NCBI GenBank assembly: GCA_964035545.1
Contig: OZ037767.1
Location: 32,354,042-32,418,041, forward strand
Origin: Bugula neritina
Taxonomy: Eukaryota > Animalia > Bryozoa
Length of the DNA: 64,000 nucleotides
Reading direction: 5' to 3'
Every line of letters starts with the position of its first letter. Position 1 is the stretch's first letter. Under the pieces are notes generated by a model. The model was given only the letters and a program-made list of their open reading frames with translations, made no database searches and had not been told where the DNA came from. Shown piece by piece: positions 34,296-46,285 of this stretch. The position numbers and the translations under genes are program-made.

Positions 34296-35544
34296 CTCTT
34301 TAGCTACTAAATTCAATAAAATTGAACATTTAATGTCCCGTGATTTGATGTGCTAGTTGAACTGGCCACTCTTCTAGAGTTGAATGTCTCATTTATTCTA
34401 CTCTCTTTAGTGTTCACTTCTGTAACTAGTCTAATACCTCAGCTCTTGTATGTATAATACATGTATATATGTATTAGATACTTTAAATTTATTAAACAAG
34501 GTTCCTAGGATTTGTATATTAAAAACTGCAGATGTTTTGAGAAATTGTAATTTTAATGTCTATAGATTTGTGGTTACACATTTTTGGAGTGTTTCATGAC
34601 ATAAACAGTCAGTTTGCAGTTTCAACTGATCACACACACACCTCTAAATCTACTGTTATGTTATGGAGAATTTAACAAATGGGTCATTCCACGCCAACTC
34701 AACAAATGGCCCACAACTTTTCGTCTCAGATTGGCATTATACGATATTTCTATAATTTATTTTCATGTAGCAATTGTTATTTCTGTGAGTGAATTTCTTT
34801 AACCAGTACTGACCAAATTAAGGTGAGGTTAGGGCTATTCTGCTATATTTAGACACATCTGTTTCAAAAGCTTTGGCATATATTTAAAGACACACCAGTA
34901 TCTGATTGTGATGATATTTTTATATACTAATTGTCTTTTGACAAATTAGGGAGCTTGACTAATTACCTTGTTGTGTCCTGTAGCATTGGGAACTTTGGCT
35001 TTGGTTTGAAATAGTTGCACTGTGTTTTAGAATAAATGAGGAAGTAACAGAAATTCTATGACTTGACAAAGAAATAGGCAAGGTGTAACTTCTACTGGTG
35101 CCAAACTTCCAAAAGTGGTGAGCAAAAAACATTCAATTACAATGTTTTGTTGATAGACTAACAATGGGTTTATCCTGCTCTTCCCAGGATGATTTGTCCA
35201 AATTTTTTGTATAATTTCATTTTTTATCAGATTGCAAACACCAGAATCTTATCCGGAACTGTAAGGTAGAAGTACAAGTGATTTGTTGCTGCCCTAATCA
35301 GAGCTCATATGAGTCATCACGCAGGTATTACCTGTTACCAGTTGCTGTCGAGGCAGCGTGATGTAGTATTCTTCTCCAAAGTTTTATAAACACCTTCATA
35401 TTTATTTGTCTCAGGTTGAAAGTTTGCTGTGCAGAGTAGAGTTAGCCAGCAAACCAAAGAGGATAGCAATAGCTCGATAGAGGAGGCTAAAGAAGACACC
35501 CTTAAACTGTTGTGTCAGGCTTGTGGTTTCCAGGCTACGACTAA

Positions 35545-35888
35545 GCCTAGGGCCACACAGTGCGTATTTTCGCATGCGAAAATTGAAATCACAAGTAGCA
35601 AAGGTGTCCACTGTAGCGTCAGTGATGTGTGATAAATAAAGCTTTCATTTTTAAATCGCACTCGCTTTCAATAGAACGCAATTTGCTGGAATGTAGCACT
35701 AAATTAAAGAAATTGGGCTCGCTGAATAGCTACCAGCCAATTAGGTGACGATGACAGAGACAATTCGCACTTGTCGCTCAGCATTTTCAACGCAAGTGCG
35801 AACGTTTTCTCAACGCACACAGTGGACACCTTTGCTACTTGTGATTTAAATTTTCGCATGCGAAAATACGCACCGTGTGGCCCTAGGC
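35545..35888. mobile_element. MITE with ~70-bp TIRs, probably PIF/Harbinger type (TAA/TTA flanks)
   Basis: GCCTAGGGCCACACAGTGCGTATTTTCGCATGCGAAAATT... and its inverse ...AATTTTCGCATGCGAAAATACGCACCGTGTGGCCCTAGGC; removing it plus 3 bp restores the finger. Confidence 0.88.
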
Positions 35889-36446
35889 TTAGGCATCTCT
35901 CCGGAACCATGTGTTGACTCACAAAAATATTTTGAACAGGTATATGAAAGTTGTATGCGAGAGCTTTCGATGTCTTGAGTTTTGGTCGGTCTTGTAGTTA
36001 TATTCGAGTTTACGAAAGAAGATTTTAGTAAGTTAGCTGCTTGGTGACTTTCTCTAAGAATAAGTAAGAATATTTCGGTCATGAATCATTCATTTTATAT
36101 CTCAACTTTCTTACTTCTTTACCTGTAGAAGACGTGGCAATCAAATGGTGTTTTGTGTGTTGCTCATTTACACTACTCTACCAACCCTGTGTATATTGTA
36201 TTCTATCAACTCAGTACCCTGTGCCATGTGTTGTTATACTGTAGGTTTCAGTGTACACAGTGTAGTTTCAGCTGTCCTTACCCTAGTCGTCTTGAAACAC
36301 ACATGAGAGCACACACTGGATACAAGCCGTTTATCTGCAGTATGTGCGGGCGGTACTCTGTAGTATTTACTGTATATTCTCTGGTAGTTACTCTATAATT
36401 TGTAGTAAAACTCACGCCGCAAATTTAGAGTCATATATAGCCTTTG

Positions 36447-36502
36447 TCGGGGATTGAACCCACGACTTTGTGTTCCCTCTAACCCCTAGACCACGGCTGC
36501 TC
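36447..36502 (-). mobile_element. tRNA-derived SINE head fragment
   Basis: Minus strand GAGCAGCCGTGGTCTAGGGG (A box) ... GGGTTCAATCCCCGAC (B box); too short for a tRNA. Confidence 0.45.
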
Positions 36503-38892
36503 CCTTATATATATTCTGTAGTAGTTATTGTATATTCTGTTAACAGGGAAATGCTTCATAATTGGCAGTGGTCTGAGGAAACATGAACGCTGTCACACTG
36601 CACCTGTAAAAAGGAAGTACTCGTGTGAAATCTGCAACAAATCTTACACAACTCTCCAGCACCTGGAGGTGCACATGAGGCGGTATACAGGTGAGTTACC
36701 TCAAGGCGTTATGTCAGAATGACTTTATCTGGTAACACTGGTTATTGAGTGTCTGTTTTCCTATTCACAGAATGTTTTATCCTGGCTATGACTCATCTCA
36801 TTTTATTACTGAATATTAGCATTTAAAAAGAAGATATTAATAAGCTTTTTGGATCAAATTCTATTATAGAATATAATTTTTAGGTGTCATAAACATGTTT
36901 ATTCTCTTGTATAGAATTGTATTCAGTGTGGCTAAGCCCCAACTTCTATAGAACCTAAGCTACAATTTTGCTCCAGTTTCTTATATATAGCCTGTGGTCA
37001 CATACTCCTCAGTGGGTACCCCCCTCTCTCACCCCCAGATTGTAACACTATCTCAGTCTACTGGAGTATTATAATAGCCTTGTTATACAGGCTTTCAGAG
37101 AAAAAGCTATGCAAAGCTTTCAGATGAAAAGCTATGTAATGCTTTCAGATGAAAAGATAATGCTTTGTGTACATACTGCTGTTCACTCTCTCTTTGCGAC
37201 TCAACCTAGTAAGATGTGTTGTGCTCAGTAAAGTTTATTCACATGATACTGCATCTACCTGACAGGTGAGAGGCCGTTCAGGTGCTCTCAGTGTCCATTC
37301 GCTGCTGCATCCAAATCAGTGCTGCTGAATCATCAGACGGTACATACAGGAGAGAAGAACTACAACTGTCATCTCTGCTCCTTCACGTGTGCTAGCAGTG
37401 GTGAGACAATACTACACCTACTTATAAAATTTTTTTCTTGAACTAGACTATAGGCCATTTCACCACTAGTTTTTATTACTAATTCAATTGCAAAGGTAGA
37501 ATGACTCAGCTTGACTCAGCTATATAGCTGGGTACTAAGCCAGTGCATTAGAGAATAGCCTTTATTTTAAGCAAGCAGATGACAAATGCAATTAGTAATC
37601 TACTATTAGTATTCTACTAGGCATAGACCCACAATGCAGCTATTTTGTATTACGTTATAGCATTCTATATTCAAATTTTGTTCTTTTGATAGTTTACACT
37701 GTTGTAGCTTCACTGAATAATGATATTTCTTGTATTTATGTTTTGTATTACTGTCAGTTGGTCATGTATTATATAGTTGACATTGTTTAATAGGTTTCAC
37801 AGTTGGTAAAGGTTGAGGTTAGAAATAAAGGATAAATCCAGCCTCCCAGGCCTAATTGTTTATTCAGTGGCAAATTAGCATCAGACTCTACTTATGGTCA
37901 TAAGTCTTGACAATGAAAATTTTATACTACTGTTGCAGGCACGCCCACCAACGGTGTTGGTGGAAACAACTCTCGAGACTGTCATGGTTGCCGCTACAGT
38001 CACTGGAAAGGCTGAACTGCGAGCTTTAAGAGAACTTAAACAGAACAGTTTAACTTCTTCCACATCAAAGAGCCGAGGTTGAAAGGCTAGAAGGTAACAT
38101 TATGCTGCAGTTACTGTAAATGATTGCTAATTTATACGCATGTGACTGTCTCTATACCATTATCAATTTGACTTTCAGAAAGTGCAGATAACCTTCTGTA
38201 TTATATATGCTGAGGCTTCAGACAGTTAAATTTATCATTCGTTAAAAGGCATGGCAACTAACTCTAGGAAGTGTATAGCCTTAGTAACGCTGGTTTGGAA
38301 TATACTTGTCACAATCTAATCTGTTTGTAGAACAATGCTCCCCAGTTCCTATTCCTCAAGATTCCTTGCCTGCTGCTCACAGGTGTGTGTCATCACTTCC
38401 TGTGTCAACTCAGCAGATGCATTTCAAATGTCAGCTCGAGCTGCAAGGTGCTACAGCAGGTGCCTTGCTCCATGACTCCCTGTCTGACATAACATTCACA
38501 GGTGCTATGCCTAAAGAGAAACAATGCCAATATTTCGCACGTCTTCGCTTGCACTACTGTGTATCATCATCCTTTGTATACAATATTTAGCTGTTAGTGA
38601 CATGACGACAAATTGTTTGTAGCTGAAGATTTTTCTAGCAACACCAGGTTTTTTGAAATGACGACTATATAATTATTTGCAATTTTTGAATGTATATAGG
38701 TTTACAGATATTGTTACTACTTTCATTGCATCATAATGATTTTGTTTTGATTCCAGTTCATTATCACAGAATTTATTTGATATTTTTAAATTTATTTTAT
38801 GTGACTTGTTTACAAATGCAGTAATAAATTCTAAGGTGATGTGATGGTGATTTTGTAGGTCTTCTTGTCTGCAAAGAAAAATCAAAATGTTT

Positions 38893-41092
38893 TAGTCTCA
38901 GTCGGTCTCAGTCAGTCTCAGTTTTAGTCAGTCTCAGTCTCAGTCGGTCTCAGTCTCAGTCGGTCTCAGTCTCAGTCGGTCTCAGTCAGTCTCAGTTTTA
39001 GTCAGTCTCAGTTTTAGTCAGTCTCAGTCTTAGTCAGTCTCAGTCAGTCTCAGTCAGTCTCAGTCAGTCTCAGTCTCAGTCAGTCTCAGTTTTAGTCAGT
39101 CTCAGTCTTAGTCAGTCTCAGTCTCAGTCAGTCTCAGTCTTAGTCTTAGTCAGTCTCAGTCTCAGTCTCAGTCTCAGTCAGTCTCAGTCTTAGTCAGTCT
39201 CAGTCTCAGTCAGTCTCAGTCTTAGTCTCAGTCAGTCTCAGTCAGTCTCAGTCGGTCTCAGTCTCAGTCTTAGTCAGTCTCGGTCTCAGTCAGTCTCAGT
39301 CGGTCTCAGTCAGTCTCAGTCGGTCTCAGTCTCAGTCGGTCTCAGTCTCAGTCGGTCTCAGTCAGTCTCAGTTTTAGTCAGTCTCAGTCTCAGTCGGTCT
39401 CAGTCTCAGTCAGTCTCAGTCTCAGTCTCAGTCAGTCTCAGTCTCAGTCAGTCTCAGTCTTAGTCAGTCTCAGTCAGTCTCAGTCTTAGTCTCAGTCAGT
39501 CTCAGTCTCAGTCTTAGTCTCAGTCAGTCTCAGTCTCAGTCTTAGTCAGTCTCGGTCTCAGTCAGTCTCAGTCGGTCTCAGTCTCAGTCGGTCTCAGTCT
39601 CAGTCGGTCTCAGTCTCAGTCGGTCTCAGTCTCAGTCAGTCTCAGTCGGTCTCAGTCTCAGTCGGTCTCAGTCTCAGTCAGTCTCAGTCGGTCTCAGTCT
39701 CAGTCGGTCTCAGTCAGTCTCAGTTTTAGTCAGTCTCAGTCTCAGTCGGTCTCAGTCTCAGTCGGTCTCAGTCAGTCTCAGTTTTAGTCAGTCTCAGTTT
39801 TAGTCAGTCTCAGTCTTAGTCAGTCTCAGTTTTAGTCAGTCTCAGTCTTAGTCAGTCTCAGTCTCAGTCAGTCTCAGTCAGTCTCAGTTTTAGTCAGTCT
39901 CAGTCTTAGTCAGTCTCAGTCAGTCTCAGTCTTAGTCAGTCTCAGTCAGTCTCAGTCTCAGTCAGTCTCAGTCTCAGTCAGTCTCAGTCTCAGTCAGTCT
40001 CAGTCTCAGTCAGTCTCAGTCTCAGTCAGTCTCAGTCTTAGTCTCAGTCAGTCTCAGTCTCAGTCAGTCTCAGTCAGTCTCAGTCTCAGTCAGTCTCAGT
40101 CAGTCTCAGTCTCAGTCAGTCTCAGTCTCAGTCGGTCTCAGTCTCAGTCGGTCTCAGTCAGTCTCAGTTTTAGTCAGTCTCAGTTTTAGTCAGTCTCAGT
40201 CTTAGTCAGTCTCAGTTTTAGTCAGTCTCAGTCTTAGTCAGTCTCAGTCTCAGTCAGTCTCAGTCAGTCTCAGTCAGTCTCAGTTTTAGTCAGTCTCAGT
40301 CTTAGTCAGTCTCAGTCTCAGTCAGTCTCAGTCTTAGTCAGTCTCAGTCTCAGTCTCAGTCAGTCTCAGTCTTAGTCAGTCTCAGTCTCAGTCAGTCTCA
40401 GTCTCAGTCAGTCTCAGTCTTAGTCTCAGTCTCAGTCTTAGTCTCAGTCAGTCTCAGTCTTAGTCTCAGTCTCAGTCTTAGTCTCAGTCAGTCTCAGTCT
40501 CAGTCAGTCTCAGTCAGTCTCAGTCTTAGTCAGTCTCAGTCTTAGTCAGTCTCAGTCTTAGTCAGTCTCAGTCAGTCTTAGTCAGTCTCAGTCAGTCTCA
40601 GTCTCAGTCAGTCTCAGTCTCAGTCTTAGTCTCAGTCAGTCTCAGTCTCAGTCAGTCTCAGTCTTAGTCTCAGTCTCAGTCAGTCTTAGTCTCAGTCAGT
40701 CTCAGTCTCAGTCAGTCTCAGTCAGTCTCAGTCTCAGTCAGTCTCAGTCTCAGTCAGTCTCAGTCAGTCTCAGTCTCAGTCAGTCTCAGTCTCAGTCAGT
40801 CTCAGTCAGTCTCAGTCTCAGTCAGTCTCAGTCAGTCTCAGTCTCAGTCAGTCTCAGTCAGTCTCAGTCTCAGTCAGTCTCAGTCTCAGTCTTAGTCTCA
40901 GTCTTAGTCTCAGTCTTAGTCTCAGTCTTAGTCTCAGTCAGTCTCAGTCTTAGTCTCAGTCAGTCTCAGTCTTAGTCTCAGTCAGTCTCAGTCTTAGTCT
41001 CAGTCAGTCTCAGTCTTAGTCTCAGTCAGTCTCAGTCTTAGTCTCAGTCAGTCTTAGTCAGTCTTAGTCTCAGTCAGTCTTAGTCTTAGTCT
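38893..41092. repeat. 2.2 kb satellite of CAGTCT/CAGT/TAGT modules
   Basis: Mixture of 4-, 6- and 10-bp units. Confidence 0.97.
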
Positions 41093-42189
41093 TCATACAT
41101 ATATATATAAAAAGAAAAAACTGTCTTGACATGCAAAGTGAACAGAGAAGTGCATTAAGAAAGGGGAAAAGAATGGTAAACACTGCACTAACCTCTCCTG
41201 TTGAGTTTGCTTTATTGAATGTAATCTTTGTGTAACGCAGAGGTCGATGTGGGAACCTGGGCCCAGGTCATTAGATATTCCCACAGCAACTTCTTCACGG
41301 GCCCAAACTACAAAGGTTTCAAGACTTTAGAGAGGAAAGCAAAAAGGACAACGGAAAGAGAAAAGGTAACTGCTATAAGAGGAAAGCAAACAAGACAACA
41401 AGAAATATAACAAAGAGAAGTGAACAGCAAAACAAAGTTACTAGAATGATTTCTACATGCTACATATCACATATCAAGTACCTACTTGTCCGGTTTCTAT
41501 CCATTCTCGAAGACGGCCACAGCAATTAGGGTGGTGCAACGTAGGACGTCAGAGGATCCACGAGAGAGTTTGGGGCCTGTAGGGTCCACTCAAAGAAGTA
41601 GAGACTAAAGACAGCATGCCAGCTTATCAACAGTAGATGTTTGGTGCCATATAATGTATCTTGGAGCAGTTCTTGTTAGCTACCACAGTATCTTCTGTAG
41701 CTCTGGTACCCATGCCCAGGATAACTCCAGCCTAGAACACAGTTAAGAAATATAAGTTGTGTGAACTCAATACTTCGCAACTAACATTTCCTATTTTTAA
41801 TATGGCCATAACAATTGTTAAACATTAATAACAATAACACCTAATTCACAAACAACTTTGCCTCAAACCGAATTTATTAACTATTTTTCGGCAAATAAAT
41901 TATGTGCATCAACAAATGAAAAATGAAACTTACCTTATATATTATCCCACATACAGTTGTGCCAGTACTGTAACCTTTTGGTGCTGCAAAACCTTTAGAT
42001 AAAAGGTGAGCATTTCTAAAACAACCAGCTCTCAAAATATTTCCTGTTGCTTGAAGAGAGATGTGCGTTTCCATAGACTGAATGAAGAGAGAGCTGAAAG
42101 TGCTGGGTTTATATTGGTCTAGAAAATAGCTTTTTTCTGGTATAGCCAAAACAGCTGTACACAAGCAAATAACACAACAGAGAAAAACA

Positions 42190-42322
42190 TAATGTAGCTA
42201 ACATAGCCTAATGTAGCTAACATAGCCTAATGTAGCTAACATAGCCTAATGTAGCTAACATAGCCTAATGTAGCTAACATAGCCTAATGTAGCTAACATA
42301 GCCTAATATAGCTAACATAGCT
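42190..42322. repeat. 19-bp tandem repeat (AATGTAGCTAACATAGCCT) x7
   Basis: Directly visible. Confidence 0.9.
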
Positions 42323-42665
42323 ATGTTAAAAAAAATTAAAGCTGTAATGATTCAACAAAAGCTTTCCATGCTCATGTAATTTCCAAACAATTTTCATGCC
42401 TTACAGTGTACCTGGAAAAGCACTATGCCCAAATGTCAACAGCCAATGAGTTAGGCAGAATAGTTAATGTGGACAACATATTTTCTCCCTTATAGTGCAG
42501 TAGAAATATGTAACACAGGAGTTACCAAACTTTCCCTAATATTCCTCCCTTTCATGAATATCAACTATTAATTTCCCCCTTTTGACAAACTGTGAAAATT
42601 TTTTATAGCTGGCATCATGATAATATAGGATACAACAATATACATTATATGAAAAGTGAAGCAGT

Positions 42666-43660
42666 ATTTACAGCTCTAAATCCTGCATGGCACACTAACA
42701 ACTATCAAGACAAACATCCACAATAAAAGTGACTTTAAAAACAACAAAATTTAGTTGAAGCATCAAAAACCAGTTTTAGAGACTATAGAGAATAAGAACA
42801 TTGTATATAATGCATAGTACCAGAGGCATATAGTTTAAGTGTGAGACTTGGGCAGAATTAAGCTGCTACTGGTGAAACCCATTCGCTAGTAATTTAAAAT
42901 TGAAATATTCAGCTGATTGGGGTAAAATAATATAATTAGGGTATATAAGTAGACATCAACCACCAAGGGTATGCATAATCAGGTTAAGTTAAGGCACATA
43001 AAACATCCAGGCCATACCAACTTATAGAGAAGCAAAATAATACATCAGTTCAACTTTAGTCAAATTTTATTTGTAATTCTTGAAAATATAACTCGATGAA
43101 AAGTTTGAAACTGTTTACATGTAAAATTGTGATTAATTAAAAGTTTTCGAATAATTCTATTGTAAGTAGTTTAATCAAGGATTCATGTTATACTTAATAG
43201 AAATTGTTGGGACTTTACATAAGTTGGGAAAGCTTTTCCCTAATGCATTATAGCTTTTCATGTATTATTACAGCTATGCAAGCTCTATTACAATTTTCCC
43301 ACACTCATTATGGCTACTACACAATAGCTGACCTTTTTGACTGGTATAACAACCCAGTATTTTCAATTATCTTTACGTTTGCAACTTATGATGTAAAGGC
43401 TTTTACATTGCTACTTTCTTTTAGACTGCTACAATAAATATCTCTATATATTAAAATTACAGGAATTACCTCCATATAGCTCATCCAGCTGACCCATGTG
43501 AAGAATAATCTAGAATGACTTTGTCCAACTTTATACCCAATTGGTTGGTTGTCTAGTAGATGACCATGTGACCATCACAGCAGTTACTGCAAGAAGAAAG
43601 CAGTCTATAATTATGTGGTGTTGCATATCATGAAAAACAATGAAATAAAATACTAAATAT
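42666..43660. repeat. Older direct duplication, paralogous to ~49650-50370
   Basis: Shared anchors TTTACAGCTCTAAA, CAATAAAAGTGACTTTAAAA, AATCAGGTTAAGTTAAGGCACATAAAACATCCA, ACTTTATACCCAATTGGTTGGTTGTCTAGTAG. Confidence 0.85.
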
Positions 43661-44149
43661 AACTTATTTTATAAAACATTATTGAAGAAAGCAACAAAAG
43701 TAAAAATGGAGAACAACAGGGAGGGGGGGGGGGGAATTCACATTTTTTATTGATGTATAGATGTACAGAAGAGTGTCACACATGATTAATTTAAAAAAAT
43801 GATTTGTTGAAAGAGCCATAACCAAAAATCAAAAATGAAAGCCTGACTTCGTTTTCTTACCACAAGCAAGCACAGCACTATGTAAACTTATATTTTTTAA
43901 TAAGAGGTTTTCACACATTTAGCAATAAATTGCCTGAACAACAAATATGATTGAAGAGTGCTCTTTTACATGGAATGAGGTTTGGTAGTATTTACAAGCT
44001 CCAAAATCAAATGAATTACTTATTGATGGTTTTCAATGAATACAATGATTGTATTAACATAAAAGTAAAATCCTAAAATAAAATCCCAATCATGTGCTGA
44101 TTTTTCATCTCTTCAGTCAAGTTTTGTATGGAGCTAGGGTAAGGTTGGC

Positions 44150-46285
44150 AAGAGCTATTACAATAGGCTGTTTTAACTGTCATTAGAAACAAATATGGCA
44201 ATTCTTGAATGAAATAAACAGCTAAAACTTTTAAAGCTAAATATAACGACAGAAAAACAGCCAAGTGTTACGGTAGAATTAATCAACAGTGGACTTCGTA
44301 GCTAACAGAACATATAGTATCAGTATTTTATGCGCGGAACAGTACAGTTTTATCACTCTATACAGTTCTATGTGCACAACTTCCCAAAGTTATATATTCT
44401 ACACTTTACACAATTATATTGCAACTTTTATCAAAAGCACATGCTTCAGTGTTTGAGTAGTAAAGCTTGTTATGCTTATCCTAAATCATACTTTGGCGAA
44501 GGGAAGGTAGAAAAAGCTGAATCTAACATCATTTATGAGAGTAGCTATCCCCTGGTAGTAGCTTTATGAATGCTAAAACCTAATAGCACATAACACAGGG
44601 AAAGAGCAAATATTGTTACAATAAACAATTCATTTAGACACAAACCTGAACCGATGAAAAGTTTCGTTGAATCAAACACAGAGAGAAGACAACTTCTAGA
44701 TGGCATCTCACGAATATAAAACCAGTCTTGATAGCAAGGGAACTTTTATCTGCATGTGCTTAAACACAACTACAAAACAGACAATAAATATTATAAACTA
44801 CCTTAATATATAAAACATTTTATTTTAATTTGCTAATACAGTAAATGTTTGCAGAGCTGAGATACTTGTCTACTGACTACAAGTGATTAACTTGAACAAA
44901 TTCACAAGACTTGGAGTTAACAAGACTAAAATAATAAATAAACCATAACATTTTCACTACCACTTCAAACAGAAATAGATATACATGAATTATGGACATC
45001 AGTTATCAAAAATAATACAAGAAGCACAAGATAATTCTTCCAATACATCGTGTAAAACTAGTAAAATTGAAAACAGAGAAAATTATCGTAAATAATAAAT
45101 ACCTAATTATGTCCAAGATGGGGCTCTCAGAATTGACCACAGTTGGCTAGGTCCTATCTTCCTGGTGAAAACCATATGTTCTCTAATGTGTGAATATCTG
45201 AGCTGCTCGGAGTGATTCTAAAAAACAAAACACATTTGATAAATTAAAATTGTTGAATAAATGATGACAGATATATATGAGTCATCTCATAGGTCCTAAA
45301 ATCTAGAGTATTGAAAATTGTATCATGATAGAATCAACATAGTCTACAGAACCAGGAAAGACACTTCTTTGAATCAGAAACTTTTTCAGTTGAAACAACG
45401 TAAACTGAATATTCTACTTTTTAATTTCAAGGAATGATTACGACTATAATATGAGTATGTAACTGAAATAAAGTCAAACAAATTGAATTATTGGGTCGGA
45501 GTTAGAATTTATTGCACAGTTATGGCTATTTTGAAAAGAAAATTTGATTTCAATTATGAGCCATACAGTACAGAGTAGCAAATCAATGAATTAAAATCAT
45601 AAGCTTGTACATGTGGTGAGCAAAGCGACAGCCGCACTATTACAGAAAGGTCATTAGAAAATGTTAGTGTAAATATTTGTGCGAAGTTTAATACTCCTGC
45701 AGAGGGGTTGATATAGAATCACAAAAATTATGTCTAATGATCATATATCACAACAAAATACCGTAATTATTAAAACGGCATTATATTAATAGATAAATTA
45801 ACCATCCCTTCAGTGTGGATAACAATTAATTAAGGCAAGCGGATAAAATAAAGCTGAAGACAGGTCTACTGTAAAATGAAAAATTTATAGAACAAAAATG
45901 GAAAAAAAAACTGTAAACACTGAAATAAAAATAAAATATAATACCAGCAAAAATGGCTTGGCATATTATATAATTAGTGGTACAGCAGCACCAATATTAT
46001 GCTTAGACAAAAAATTACCCCAAAGGATAAATTTTCAACAAACTAAAGAAATGAGCACTGACTCACTGCATCAACTATTAGCTAGAAAACCTTACATGAA
46101 ACTAAAAGCAGTAACAGCTAGGGAACTAAAATGTATAGCTCACTATTCTTAGTATTGATTTTGTGGTTTAGTTCAACAAACCAGAGGAGAACAGGGTAGA
46201 ATTGTTACCTTGAAATCAAGCCAATTTAAAGCCAAGCTAAATTGAGATTCATTATATAAGCCTTGCAGCTGCATTTACTCAATTG
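44150..46285. repeat. Older direct duplication, paralogous to ~46700-48072
   Basis: Shared anchors CAATAGGCTGTTTTAACT, AAACAATTCATTTAGAC, CACTATT..CTTAGTATTGATTTTGT; includes a 301-bp identical tract. Confidence 0.88.

Larger units (their letters stand above)
35415..37400 (+). pseudogene. C2H2 zinc-finger gene, probably pseudogenised
   Basis: Exons ~35415-35939 (split by MITE), 36245-36351, 36548-36690, 37266-37400: CQAC..H..H, CTQC..HMRAHTGYKPFICSMC, CEIC..HMRRYTG (His to Tyr), TGERPF, HTGEKNY; last finger lacks its His pair. Confidence 0.75.

Noticed and set aside
36447-36502. tRNA gene
   Set aside because: A and B boxes are present but there is no anticodon arm or acceptor stem; SINE-like remnant.
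37894-38590. Short ORFs as further zinc-finger exons
   Set aside because: Phase does not continue the interrupted finger and no recognisable domain.
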